Below are positions 38,892-48,718 of a stretch of 64,000 bases of DNA, one piece after another; positions within the stretch are counted from its first letter, which is position 1; the number at the start of each line of letters is the position of its first letter. The position numbers and the translations under genes are program-made. Below the pieces are notes generated by a model. That model did no database searches and was not told where the DNA came from. It was given only the letters and a program-made list of their open reading frames with translations. The stretch comes from a virus: the IMG/VR virus record IMGVR_UViG_3300037237_000386, positions 12,919 through 76,918 of that record; one strand, given 5' to 3'.

Positions 38892-41139
38892 ATGAGTGAA
38901 GGTGGAATCCGAAGTGCCGTCACCGTGCACCTGTCATTCTGGGACCGCGTCCGTGTGCTCTTCGGGGCGCGCATGGTCGTGTACCTGGACACGAATGTGG
39001 AGAAGGACCCGGGTCGCCTCGTGAGCGAAGAGTCGCACGTGTGCATCGGTGAGCCGAAGGGTGGGCAGTTGATAGCGGAGTGCCGCGCTAGCCTGCGCGC
39101 GAAGAGGAACGGAACGAGGAGGACGTGATGGATCAAGCCGAGCTGGATGAGCAGGAACGATTCGACCGCCGTAAGGCGCGCGAGAAGGTGGAGACACGTC
39201 GCCAGGAGTTGAGGTCGGCCGTCGTGCGGCGGGCACGTGACCTGCGCGACAAGTCATCGGGCGACCCGGATCTGGCGCCGGAGTGGGAGGCGCTGGACGA
39301 CGCCCTCCACGCACTCGACGACTTCGCCGCGAGTCAGGAGCCGATGCCGTGAAGCGTTCGGGACGTGTGGCGTCTGTCGGCTCACGGTGAGGGCGTGCGA
39401 GCGCGACGGCGCCGAGGGGCGCGATCTGGTGTGCGGCGGGTACGCGCTGCGCAGGGGTGCGCGGTTGGACGATCTGAAACGCGCCGAGTGATGCGCGCTG
39501 CACCCTACGGATGTGCACGACGAGCGCGGGTGCTGCATCATGGGAGGCATGCCATGCAAGCACGGACTGAACCCGCAAGCGTGCCTCCCCTGCTTCCACG
39601 AGAAGCGAAACGCGGCCCCCACGTCGAAGCCGGCGGAGCGTGCGCCGGTGCCCAAGAACAACGTCATCGACGCGGTGAAGCAGGCTCGCCTCGACGCGCA
39701 GCAGGCGGAGGGAGCCGTCAACATTCGTCTGAGGGCCGCTGGGCTACCCAATCTGCCGCCGGGCACGGACGTGCTCGAGCCGACGGTGCACGTGGGTCCG
39801 ACGCGTGTGGGCTACGAGAACGACGGCACGCCCATCGCGCAGCCCAAGCAGGAGGACCCGGAGCTCGGCAGGCCCAAGGTGAGGGGCAAGATGCCGGTGC
39901 CGGTGCTGCACGGGGGAGCGGTCGCGGGTCAGGCGCAGAAGACGCTGGAGCCATTTAGCTACGCGAGCGCGAAGCCTTGGCACACGAAGACTGTCACTGT
40001 CGCGGGCGTGCAGCAGACCATCGCGGTGCCCCCGCGACACGGGAGCATCATCGACAGTCTGCCGAGGCACCCGAACCCGGAGCCAGCGCTCCGGCGCTGA
40101 CGGAAACCCGGGTTTCCCCCGCGGCATGACCCTTCGCATGGAAGACGGGGACCGGAAGCGGCTGAAGCTCCTGATGACGGCGATGAACGAGGCGCTGGAG
40201 CACAACAAGCTGCTCGACGCGCTGGCGGAGCTGGCACCGCTACTGACAGAGGACGACGAGCTGCAGGCGGCCGGGGCGTTCGTCGGTGCGGCGAGCGCGT
40301 TCGCGGCGGCGAGGAAGGCGCTGCTCGACGTGGTGGCGCAGCCGCACGTGACCAAGCTGCGGCAGAAGCTGCAGTCGTGAGCAACATCGTACCGATCAGG
40401 AAGTGCAGGACCTGCGGGAAGCCAGCGACCCGGAGGACGCTTGCCCTGAACGATGTGCCGGTGGTCGACTTCAACTCGTGCGATGAGTGCGTGGGGGAGA
40501 CGGATGCCGAGCTCGCGCGAGCGAGGCCGGTGTTCGATGCGATGATCGGGGCGGGTGTACCGAGGGATGTGGCCAACGACGCGATGACGTTCTTGCTCGA
40601 TCGGTGGAAGCCGTGAGGCGAGCCTGGAAGACGGGCGACTGGGCGGACCGCGGGGGCATGGCGAGCTACCTGCACATGGTACGTGCGCCGGATGACCCGG
40701 AGAGGACACCGCCGAACGGCAAGGACAGGACGGCGCTCTGGCGCAGGCAGCTGAAGAAGGCGAGCGTCGAGGTGTGGATGGAGCGGCTGCTCATGCACCT
40801 GGCCGAGCACGGCGCGATGACGTTCAACAGGGCGTGCGTGGAGCTCGTCGACAAGACGGCGGACGTCGTGCACGGGACGGCACTCGACGAAGCTCTTTGG
40901 ACGCTGGTGAGCCGGGGACACGTGGAACACACGACCAAGACACCCATCAAGTTCAGGGCAAGGAGGACAGTCTGATGCCGACCTTGGAACAGATGGAGCG
41001 GTGGACGCTGATGATGGAACGGTTTGCCGCGCACACGGGGGCGGAGATGCGCCAGGAGACGCTGCGCATGCAGAGGGAGTCGGTGCGGGAGCGAGAGGTC
41101 AAGGAAACCCGGGTTTCCCTGGAGACCACGGACGGCTAG
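38892..41139 (+). CDS. small hypothetical genes (38892-39128, 39125-39352, 39513-40100, 40126-40380, 40377-40616, 40613-40975, 40975-41139)
   Basis: Mostly coupled ORFs with typical codon usage. Confidence 0.45.
40102..40117. repeat. 16-bp palindrome copy 8
   Basis: Read directly; 1 nt after a TGA. Confidence 0.97.
41103..41118. repeat. 16-bp palindrome copy 9
   Basis: Read directly; ETRVS. Confidence 0.97.
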
Positions 41140-41149
41140 TCTCCACCCC

Positions 41150-41797
41150 GTGGGCGAGTTCAACGAGGACGACCACCCGCGAGGGGATGGTGGCAAGTTT
41201 GCGACTGGGGGAGGAGCCGTCCACGCCAGCAAGGCGCGCCACGAGGCCAGGCAGGCGAGCAAGGGAGCCGCCAAGGCCTCCCACGGCGCCACCACGAAGG
41301 CCGAGCACGAGGGGGCGGCCCAGGCCCACGGGGCAGCCGCCAAAGCGCATCAGGAGGCATCCTCGGCGCACGGCAAGGCAGCCGAGCACGCGCCCCCGGG
41401 CGAGCGCGGCGACCATCAGGCAGCCGCCAACGCCCACGCAGCCCAGGCCAAGGAGCACGAGGGCAAGGCGGAGCACCACGCGGGCGAGGCCAAGGCAGCA
41501 CCCGAGCACAAGGGAGCAGCCGCCTGGGTGGCCGGGCGCATCAAGGGCCTGGGCGAGAAGCTGGAGAAGGCGAAGGAGGGGCTCGAGGAGCGTGGGGAGA
41601 AGGCCCAGGAGCTGGAGGAGCAGGCTCTCGAGGGCGACCCCCTCAAGGTCGTGGAGGAGGCGGGTGGCGCGGTCGCTCAGCGGATGGTGCCCGGCGCGGG
41701 CCTGGTCCGGGGAGCCGGCATGGCGGCGGGCGTCGCGGGGCGGGTCACGGGCAAGCACGAGAAGGGCGAGAAGCAGCACGAGGGCCACGAGGAATGA
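41150..41797 (+). CDS. His/Ala-rich protein with N-terminal FNEDDHPRGDGGKF motif
   Basis: F.E..HPR...G.F motif of the kind seen in phage head-associated proteins; leaderless GTG after TAGTCT. Confidence 0.55.
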   Translation: MGEFNEDDHPRGDGGKFATGGGAVHASKARHEARQASKGAAKASHGATTKAEHEGAAQAHGAAAKAHQEASSAHGKAAEHAPPGERGDHQAAANAHAAQAKEHEGKAEHHAGEAKAAPEHKGAAAWVAGRIKGLGEKLEKAKEGLEERGEKAQELEEQALEGDPLKVVEEAGGAVAQRMVPGAGLVRGAGMAAGVAGRVTGKHEKGEKQHEGHEE

Positions 41798-42234
41798 GCG
41801 CGCTCGTCTTCGCCCGGAGCCGGGGCAGTCGGCAGAAGGCAGAGCAGGCGCTCGCCAGGATGCCGCAGAGCACGACGGGACACGGGACGGCTGTGCCCTT
41901 CCCCTACGTGGACCGGGAGGCGTTCAAGAAGGCGCACGACAACGCGACCATCAACGCGGCCATCGAGAAGGCGCACGTGACCACGGTGCCGCTGGAGGGC
42001 TTGCACGCCATCCAGCACTCGGTGAAGCCGAAGAGGGTGCTGCAGTACCTCGACGAGCCGCACCTGCGGCCGCCCGCGGACCTGCACCCGGCGGCCAAGA
42101 CGCCCGTCGACTTCCCGGTGGTCATGGACTGGAAGGGGCGGCGGCTCATCTGGGACGGTCATCATCGGCTGACGGCGGCGAAGCTCAGCGGGGCGAAGGA
42201 GGCGAACGTGCGCCTGGTCCGCTTCGATGACTGA
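41794..42234 (+). CDS. stand-alone ParB/Srx-fold protein
   Basis: LHAIQHSV...PVVMDWKGRRLIWDGHHRLTAAKLSG. Confidence 0.75.
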   Translation: MSALVFARSRGSRQKAEQALARMPQSTTGHGTAVPFPYVDREAFKKAHDNATINAAIEKAHVTTVPLEGLHAIQHSVKPKRVLQYLDEPHLRPPADLHPAAKTPVDFPVVMDWKGRRLIWDGHHRLTAAKLSGAKEANVRLVRFDD

Positions 42235-42523
42235 ACGCGACATGATGGGGGACGTGAAGGCAGACGACACGATCCCGCCGGACACGCTGACGAGCACAAT
42301 CCCGAGCCCGCCGGAGTTCGTTGTGGGTGTGGACCTCGGGTACGGCGACGACTGCATGACGGCGACGATCCTACGCCGGGAGGGCGAGCGGTACGTGGTG
42401 GAGGGCGTCGAGTTGGAACCCCCGCAGACGACCTTGGAGCGATTCGCGCTGAGGGAAACCCGGGTTTCCCTCGAGGGCTTCGAGGACATCGACCTGGCGG
42501 CGGAGCACCTCGACGACGAGTGA
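42227..42523 (+). CDS. hypothetical protein
   Basis: Contains VGVDLG and ETRVS. Confidence 0.45.
   Translation: MTERDMMGDVKADDTIPPDTLTSTIPSPPEFVVGVDLGYGDDCMTATILRREGERYVVEGVELEPPQTTLERFALRETRVSLEGFEDIDLAAEHLDDE
42454..42469. repeat. 16-bp palindrome copy 10 (extends to 22 bp)
   Basis: Read directly. Confidence 0.97.
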
Positions 42524-42536
42524 TACGCTCTGCTCC

Positions 42537-43028
42537 ATGCCGCACTGGTGGGAACACGAGAAGTACGACGAGCACTTCGGCCGGGAGCGCAGCTGCCTCG
42601 TGAGGCGCAAGGCGACGCGCGGCGACACGGTGCAGTTTCAGGTGCAGGTGTTCCAGCCAGCGCCGCCCGTCGGATTCCAGCCGCAGAGCACGCAGCCGGC
42701 GAAGGTGCCGCAGAACATCGCGGGTTGGTACGCGTGGGCGACGCTGAAGTACCAGTGGCCGGACGTGGACGCCCAGGCCATCGCGCAGGTGACCAGCCTG
42801 CCGAGGGGCACGCCGCCCGGCGGCAGCATCGTGTTCACGGAGGCGGGCAGCGGGATCATGCTCGTGACCTTCCCGCCGTTCGCGACGCAGAGCTTCCCGG
42901 ACGGGGAGTTCGACGTCGTGTACGACGTGCAGACGCAGGACACCTCGAGTCCGGTCGTGACGACGACGCAGGAGCGAGGCGTCTTCACCTTCAGCCCGGA
43001 CGCGACCCGGAGCATCACGCAGCCCTGA
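42537..43028 (+). CDS. BppU-N-like virion protein
   Basis: RGDTVQFQVQV...YDVQ...G.FTFSPDATR beta-sandwich pattern. Confidence 0.5.
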   Translation: MPHWWEHEKYDEHFGRERSCLVRRKATRGDTVQFQVQVFQPAPPVGFQPQSTQPAKVPQNIAGWYAWATLKYQWPDVDAQAIAQVTSLPRGTPPGGSIVFTEAGSGIMLVTFPPFATQSFPDGEFDVVYDVQTQDTSSPVVTTTQERGVFTFSPDATRSITQP

Positions 43029-43050
43029 GCCTCGTGGTACCTTCCGGGGC

Positions 43051-43554
43051 ATGAGTCGCAAGACGCTCGCGCTCCTCTCGTTCCTCACCCTCGCGTGCCT
43101 GGCGGCGTGCGCGGGTCACGCCCCGGCTCAGGTGGAGCCGAACACGCCCAAGCACCATGTGCTCGGGGCCTCGACAGCGACGCCCATCGGCCCGAGTCCG
43201 GTGCTGGGAGCGGCCAGGCAGTACGACAGCCAGGGCTACATCAACAGCGACGTCGTCAAGGCGAGCTCGGGGTCCTTCCTCGGGGCGATGGGATCGAACA
43301 AGGGTGCGTCGCAGCTCTACTTCATGTGGTTCAACGCCACGAGCTTGCCGGCGAACGGGGCGACGCCGTCGATGATGCCGATCCCGATTCCGGCGGGAGG
43401 GACGTTCTCGCTGGTGAACACCATCGCCACGGCGAACGCGGTGGCCTTCGGCCCGGTCATGTCGACGGGTCTCGTGTGGGCGGCGTCCACGACGGCGACG
43501 ACGCTGACGGTGGACTCGACGAATAGCGTGTGGGTGACGGTCCAGTACTACTGA
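43051..43554 (+). CDS. predicted lipoprotein with a virion-like beta domain
   Basis: MSRK, hydrophobic stretch, LAAC lipobox. Confidence 0.55.
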   Translation: MSRKTLALLSFLTLACLAACAGHAPAQVEPNTPKHHVLGASTATPIGPSPVLGAARQYDSQGYINSDVVKASSGSFLGAMGSNKGASQLYFMWFNATSLPANGATPSMMPIPIPAGGTFSLVNTIATANAVAFGPVMSTGLVWAASTTATTLTVDSTNSVWVTVQYY

Positions 43555-43567
43555 GGGAGCGACGACG

Positions 43568-45007
43568 ATGAAGACGAGTTGCCTGGTCCTCTTCGCGGCG
43601 CTGCTCGCGCTCGCGGGGTGTGCGCGACCGACGAGCGTGCAGGCGCCCCCGCGAGCGACGCCCGCGGCGACGGCGGACGTGCTGCACTGCGCGGAGCCGC
43701 TGCCCGAGTCGAGCTCGAAGCCGCCGCACTGCGCGAGGTTCGAGTGGGTGTCGATGAAGCCGGGCGGTGAGCCGGCGCACAAGCTCGGGCAGCAGCTCGT
43801 CATCACGGGTGGGAGTGCCTCGCCCTCGACACCGCTCGCGGGCGACGTCGGCGGGACGCTGGGCGCGAACGTGGTCAACAAGATCAGCGGGTCGACCCCC
43901 ATCCTCATCACTCCCAACGTGCTTGAGTGGATCGCCGCTGCCTCTGCTCCGACCCACATGCAAGCCACGCCGACCTCCGACGTCGCGACGGTGCCGCTGC
44001 TGATTCAGAGTCAGGCGCCGTGGGCGAGCGCGGTGACGAACGTCAAGGGCGGCAATGTCGTCCTTAGTGTCCCGCTGTCCCTGAGTGGCACACCGCAAGC
44101 CTTCGTCCAGTTCAACTCGGGCGCCAACATCATCGGCGGCATCGGGCCGTTCTGGGGCGCTCCGGCGAGCAACACCAATCTCTGGCTACTCCCGGCTGGG
44201 ACCGCGGCAACGGCAGGGAACTACTCGCTCACGGCCAGCGCGTCGGCGCTCGTGTTGAACGGCACGTCATCGGTCAACGTGAACGTGAACGGCTCGGCCG
44301 TGAACACCACCAGTGCCTCCGTTTACTCGTGGGGCAGCGCAGTAGCCGCGCCTCTCTTCACACAGACCGCCCTCGCCTCCACCTCCGCCGGCTCCGGCGC
44401 CGCGGGTCAGCCGCTCGCAGTGACCGCGCAGGCGGGGCAGGCGGCGACGGGGGGCGGCAACAACGGCGGGGCGGGCGGGGTCCTGACGCTGGCCGCGGGC
44501 GCTGGCGGCACAAGCGGCAGCGCGACAGCCGGCGCGCGCGGTACCATCGGGCTACTTGGGCTCATCGGCGGCAGCGGCACGACGCCGCTTGGATTCGTCG
44601 GCCAGACCTCCCCCAACACCGTCGCCTGCGGCACGGGCGGCACTCAGACGATCTCGGCCGCGCAGGCGGTCATTCCGTTTTTCCTCCTGACATCGGGCAC
44701 GCTCACGTCGAACTGCATCGTCGACTTCGGGACGAACGCCGTCACCGGAGCATTCATCATCGACGTGTCGGGCCTCGGGGCACTTGGCGCGTTCACGGTG
44801 GGATTCAAAAACGGCACGACCACGAAGACGATCTCTGCCACGCAACTCACGAACCTGATCGCCACGGGGGCCAGCGCCGCTCAGGTGTACACATTCGGCA
44901 CGAATAACATCACGATCGTGGACTTCGCCATCGTCATCGACGACGAGATGCTCGAGGCAGCCGATGCCGCGAACGACAACACGTGGAAGCACGCAGCAGG
45001 GGAGTGA
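43568..45007 (+). CDS. tail-fibre-like Gly/Thr/Ala-rich protein with a lipoprotein signal
   Basis: MKT, hydrophobic stretch, LAGC lipobox; LAGDVGG and GGAGG..L.AGAGG fibre-like repeats. Confidence 0.55.
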   Translation: MKTSCLVLFAALLALAGCARPTSVQAPPRATPAATADVLHCAEPLPESSSKPPHCARFEWVSMKPGGEPAHKLGQQLVITGGSASPSTPLAGDVGGTLGANVVNKISGSTPILITPNVLEWIAAASAPTHMQATPTSDVATVPLLIQSQAPWASAVTNVKGGNVVLSVPLSLSGTPQAFVQFNSGANIIGGIGPFWGAPASNTNLWLLPAGTAATAGNYSLTASASALVLNGTSSVNVNVNGSAVNTTSASVYSWGSAVAAPLFTQTALASTSAGSGAAGQPLAVTAQAGQAATGGGNNGGAGGVLTLAAGAGGTSGSATAGARGTIGLLGLIGGSGTTPLGFVGQTSPNTVACGTGGTQTISAAQAVIPFFLLTSGTLTSNCIVDFGTNAVTGAFIIDVSGLGALGAFTVGFKNGTTTKTISATQLTNLIATGASAAQVYTFGTNNITIVDFAIVIDDEMLEAADAANDNTWKHAAGE

Positions 45008-45030
45008 GCGACTGCGCCATCATCGGTTCC

Positions 45031-45522
45031 ATGAAGACGCGCTACTTCGCAGTCCACCTGTCGTTCCTCGCGGTGTTCTCCCTGTTCGGAGCATGCGTCA
45101 CGCGGGAGGTGTCCACGTACCTGCCCCCGCGCGAGGACGCCTCCGCGCCGCTTCCACCGATGCCTGATGCAGGAGCCCGCGAGGCGCAGCCTTCGGCGCC
45201 GCCCGCGACGTCCATCACCGATCCTCGCGCTCAGGTGCCGGCGTCGAGCTACCGCCCCGGCGACTTCCGCCAGAGCCTCCCGAGCGGGACGCTCACGCTC
45301 CCATCGCTCATCGACGGAGGAGCGCCGCTGCGCATCCACGACGGCAACGACAGCCCGTGCATGTACGGGTGCGTGGCTTTCTACAGCAAGGTGCTCGACG
45401 GCGAGCGCCAGCAGACGGGGGCTTTGGTCGACGCGCAGGAGATCCTGAAGGACGCGACCGCGTGCGTGCACATGTGCCAGGAGCGCGCGAAGGCCGCGAG
45501 CTGGCCGGGGAGCGAGCGATGA
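45031..45522 (+). CDS. predicted lipoprotein
   Basis: MKTR, hydrophobic stretch, FGAC. Confidence 0.5.
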   Translation: MKTRYFAVHLSFLAVFSLFGACVTREVSTYLPPREDASAPLPPMPDAGAREAQPSAPPATSITDPRAQVPASSYRPGDFRQSLPSGTLTLPSLIDGGAPLRIHDGNDSPCMYGCVAFYSKVLDGERQQTGALVDAQEILKDATACVHMCQERAKAASWPGSER

Positions 45523-45788
45523 AGGCGTTCGTCTTCGTTACCCTGGCGCTCGTCACTGCCTGCTCGGCGCATTGGAACGATCCGTTGCCCGTGACGCCGG
45601 TGCCGGGCAACCCGTGCGGCGAGACGGGCGTCTCCTGCAGGCCCGTGCGCGCGTGCTGCGAGGAGGGGGAGGTGTGCGGTGGGCCGCGGCCGGCGTCGTG
45701 CCCCGAGGGTCAGTGCTGCTACGTGGGCAGCGACGACGGGCGGGTGGGCGCGCGGAGGACGCACTCGCAGAGGCCCGAGGCGCCATGA
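45519..45788 (+). CDS. small Cys-rich predicted lipoprotein
   Basis: MKAFVFVTLALVTAC followed by 8 further Cys. Confidence 0.55.
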   Translation: MKAFVFVTLALVTACSAHWNDPLPVTPVPGNPCGETGVSCRPVRACCEEGEVCGGPRPASCPEGQCCYVGSDDGRVGARRTHSQRPEAP

Positions 45789-45905
45789 AGGACAGCATGT
45801 GTCGATGCTTGTTCCGAGAAGCAGCCTCGTACGCGCTGCTCCCGTTCGTCCTGCTTTTCCTCGTGCTCATCCCGCCGCAGTACGAGGAGTGGGACGAGTA
45901 CTGAG

Positions 45906-45921
45906 GGAAACCCGGGTTTCC
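45906..45921. repeat. 16-bp palindrome copy 11
   Basis: Read directly; 1 nt after a TGA. Confidence 0.97.
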
Positions 45922-45952
45922 CCCGACCCGGGGAGCGCGTAGGCTGCTCTCC

Positions 45953-46546
45953 ATGGCGGACATGAAGGGCACGAGGGAGCTGCTGGGCGCGGGCCGGACG
46001 ATTCCGGCGAGCCACACGATGGCGCATCACGTGGACCGCGCGCTGCTCGACACGGGCACGTCGGCGCAGGTGCTCGACCTGGCGCTGTCGACGCGCGCGA
46101 GGGCGACCAAGCAGCCGGAGCCCGAGCGATGGGCAGCTCATCTCGTCGGAGAGAAGCTGGAGGACGTCGCCCACGAGCTCCACGAGCTTCACCACGAGGA
46201 CGACGCACTCGCGCCGATGAAGGGCGTCTACCGTGTCGTCGGGGGCGCGCAGGAGATGCTGGCGGACGTGCGCCAGGCGCTGATGCACGACCACCCGGTG
46301 GCGGTCGGGCTGCTCGTCGGCAAGGACTTCCTCGCGGCGGACGGCAAGAAGACGCTCGAGCCGACGGACCAGCCCGAGGAGGAGCGGAGCTACCTCGTCG
46401 TGGGCTACGACGACCAAGGGCGGTTTGAGCTCGTGGGTCCCAAGGGGTGGGGCAACGGCGGGAGCGCGTGGGCGAGCGGCGAGTGCCTGATGCGGGCGAC
46501 CTACGCGTGTGTGCCGGTCGCGGCGATGCCTGCTCCGAAACAGTGA
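45953..46546 (+). CDS. papain-like (C1) fold protein, probably inactive
   Basis: ALMHDHPVAVG...LVVGYDD...WGNGG.AW; catalytic His, NSW and Cys are not apparent. Confidence 0.5.
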   Translation: MADMKGTRELLGAGRTIPASHTMAHHVDRALLDTGTSAQVLDLALSTRARATKQPEPERWAAHLVGEKLEDVAHELHELHHEDDALAPMKGVYRVVGGAQEMLADVRQALMHDHPVAVGLLVGKDFLAADGKKTLEPTDQPEEERSYLVVGYDDQGRFELVGPKGWGNGGSAWASGECLMRATYACVPVAAMPAPKQ

Positions 46547-46600
46547 TGGTCGGCGGGGGACTCCCCGGGTAGTCTCCGCAGCAAGGGAGCACGAAAACGC

Positions 46601-47671
46601 ATGGCCTCGCTGATCCTCATCAACGACACGAAGGCGCAGTCTCCGCAGGGCGGACCGCAGATGTTCCGGGCTGGCTCGACCATCGCGGACGCTGCCACGC
46701 AGGCGGCCATCGCGCAGGAGGGTGGGCTGCTCTGGCCGGCGACGGACCCCGTGGTCCTGGCGCAGTCGGTGCTGGTGCAGAAGCTGCGGTCGCAGGGGAT
46801 GGACGAGGGCTTCTGCTCGAGGGCGATGCTCGCGGGGGCTGTCAGCTCGCTGAATCAGGGAGCCGAGGGCGCGAGTCAGGTGGGCGTGACCCGGACGGTG
46901 CGCCTGGCGACGACGGCTGCGCTGGCGACGGGCACTTTCACGGCGGGGACGGGCGGGGCGCCGGATACGTTCGCCATCACGGCGACGGGGACGCTTACGG
47001 TCGACGGTGCGGTGACGGCACTGAACGACCGGGTTCTCGTGAAGAACCAGGTGACCGGCTCGCAGAACGGCATCTACTACGTGTCGACGGCGGGTGCGGT
47101 GGGAGTGGCAGCGGTCCTGACGCGCGCCCCGGACGCGGCGGCGAGCGCGGACTTCGTGTCGGGCATGAACGTGATGACGAGCCCGGACGGGACGACGAAC
47201 CCGACGGCGACTTCCATGCTGACGACGGCGGCGCCCCTCACGCTGAACACGACGTCGCTGACGTTCTCGAAGATCGAGAGCCTGCAGGAGTTCACGAACG
47301 GGCAGATCCTCCAGTCGCCGCAGGCGGTGAGCACGATCTCTCTCGTGGAGATCGCCATCGGGGGGATGATCGGTTCGGGGACGATCATCGGTGTCTACTA
47401 TCTGCCGAACGCGACGAGCACCCCGGCGGCTGGGTCGAACAGCCAGGCCATCGTCATCAACATCTACAACGCGTCGGGTGTGCTGGTGGGCCAGTTGGCC
47501 GCGGCGAGCATCGCGAACGCGACAGCGATGACGAAGTGGGTGAGGTTCAACCTCGGGACCATCACGAACGGCGTGTACGCTGACGGCTACACGCTCACCG
47601 CGTCGTCGACACTTACGGGCACGGCGACTCTGCCGGCTGGTACGTGGATCATTGTTTCGACTCCGAACTGA
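46601..47671 (+). CDS. virion structural / tail-fibre-like protein
   Basis: VRLATT...LTVDG...NDRVLVKNQ..GSQNGIY...LTRA.D, a common phage fibre/decoration motif. Confidence 0.7.
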   Translation: MASLILINDTKAQSPQGGPQMFRAGSTIADAATQAAIAQEGGLLWPATDPVVLAQSVLVQKLRSQGMDEGFCSRAMLAGAVSSLNQGAEGASQVGVTRTVRLATTAALATGTFTAGTGGAPDTFAITATGTLTVDGAVTALNDRVLVKNQVTGSQNGIYYVSTAGAVGVAAVLTRAPDAAASADFVSGMNVMTSPDGTTNPTATSMLTTAAPLTLNTTSLTFSKIESLQEFTNGQILQSPQAVSTISLVEIAIGGMIGSGTIIGVYYLPNATSTPAAGSNSQAIVINIYNASGVLVGQLAAASIANATAMTKWVRFNLGTITNGVYADGYTLTASSTLTGTATLPAGTWIIVSTPN

Positions 47672-47672
47672 C

Positions 47673-48239
47673 GTGGGCGCGGCGACCTGGGCGAAGAAGC
47701 GGACGGGGGCGAGCAGCGCCTCCGCTCCGCCGCCCAAGCAGGTGAAGCCGAGCGCTACGGCGATGAGCAGCGTCTCGGACCCGGGCTCGGAGAGCTTCCC
47801 CGACGACAAGCACCACCTGCCCAGCGACCATCGTCCGCTCATCCTGCTGCAGGGCTGGGACAAGCCCCCTCTGCCGCCTCCGATGCCCGAGGAGCCCGGA
47901 GGGAGCGGGTCGGGGTCCGGAAGCGAGGACGGGGCATCCTCGGCGAAGGAATCGGGGTCCGGGGGGAGCGGCTCGGGAGACAGCAGCAGCCAGCCACCTG
48001 CACCTCCCCCGCGGGAGCCTGGGTTCGCCTGTTGCGACTGCGCGTTCTTCCGGGCGACCGGGAACGGCACGTTCGAGTGCAGCTCGAAGGACTACCAGCG
48101 GTGGGCAGGCACGAACGTGCTCGTGGAGACCAAGGGTGGCAGACCCGTGGTCAACCCGGAGAAGGCGAGCTCCGACTGGTTCCAGCCAGCGACGGGTCCG
48201 AGCAGGACGCCGGTGCCGACGCGCCACAATGCCGGCTGA
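47673..48239 (+). CDS. hypothetical protein with a Ser/Gly linker and Cys-containing C-terminal domain
   Basis: 3' part of ORF 47652..48239. Confidence 0.45.
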   Translation: MGAATWAKKRTGASSASAPPPKQVKPSATAMSSVSDPGSESFPDDKHHLPSDHRPLILLQGWDKPPLPPPMPEEPGGSGSGSGSEDGASSAKESGSGGSGSGDSSSQPPAPPPREPGFACCDCAFFRATGNGTFECSSKDYQRWAGTNVLVETKGGRPVVNPEKASSDWFQPATGPSRTPVPTRHNAG

Positions 48240-48259
48240 CCCGTAGGAGGGGTCAGCCG

Positions 48260-48718
48260 ATGGAGAAGCTGAACGACGAGCGCATCGTGGACGCGTGCGC
48301 AGTGCACGCGTGGGAGACGAACAGGTTGTTCGTGTGGGCGCTGACGCCCCCCGAGGGGAATCAGGCAATCCCCACGTGGGGGAACGACGGGCCGGACGAC
48401 GAAGATCGAATGCGTCGCATGGCGCGCGCGGATCGAATGCGTCGCATGGCGCGCGCGGTGCTCGAGGAGGACCTGACGGCTGAGGACAAGCATCAGCAGT
48501 GGGTGACGCACATGCTGGCCTGCGGTTGGACGAGGGGCCCGGGGCCCGACGCGGAGAACAAGAAGCACCCGATGCTGGTGCCGTTCGCGGAGCTGCCGCA
48601 CACGCAGGCGATGAAGGAGTCGCTCGTGGTCGCGAGCATCAACGCGATGGCGACGGCGCTGGGCCATTCGCGTAGGCCGATGGCGACGGCTACGGTGGAG
48701 ACCAAGAAGGAAGGGTGA
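48260..48718 (+). CDS. RyR-domain protein
   Basis: HQQWVTHMLACGWTRG..PDAENKKHPMLVPFAELP; AGGAGG RBS. Confidence 0.8.
   Translation: MEKLNDERIVDACAVHAWETNRLFVWALTPPEGNQAIPTWGNDGPDDEDRMRRMARADRMRRMARAVLEEDLTAEDKHQQWVTHMLACGWTRGPGPDAENKKHPMLVPFAELPHTQAMKESLVVASINAMATALGHSRRPMATATVETKKEG
48404..48457 (+). repeat. perfect 27-bp tandem duplication (DRMRRMARA x2)
   Basis: GATCGAATGCGTCGCATGGCGCGCGCG occurs twice. Confidence 0.95.
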
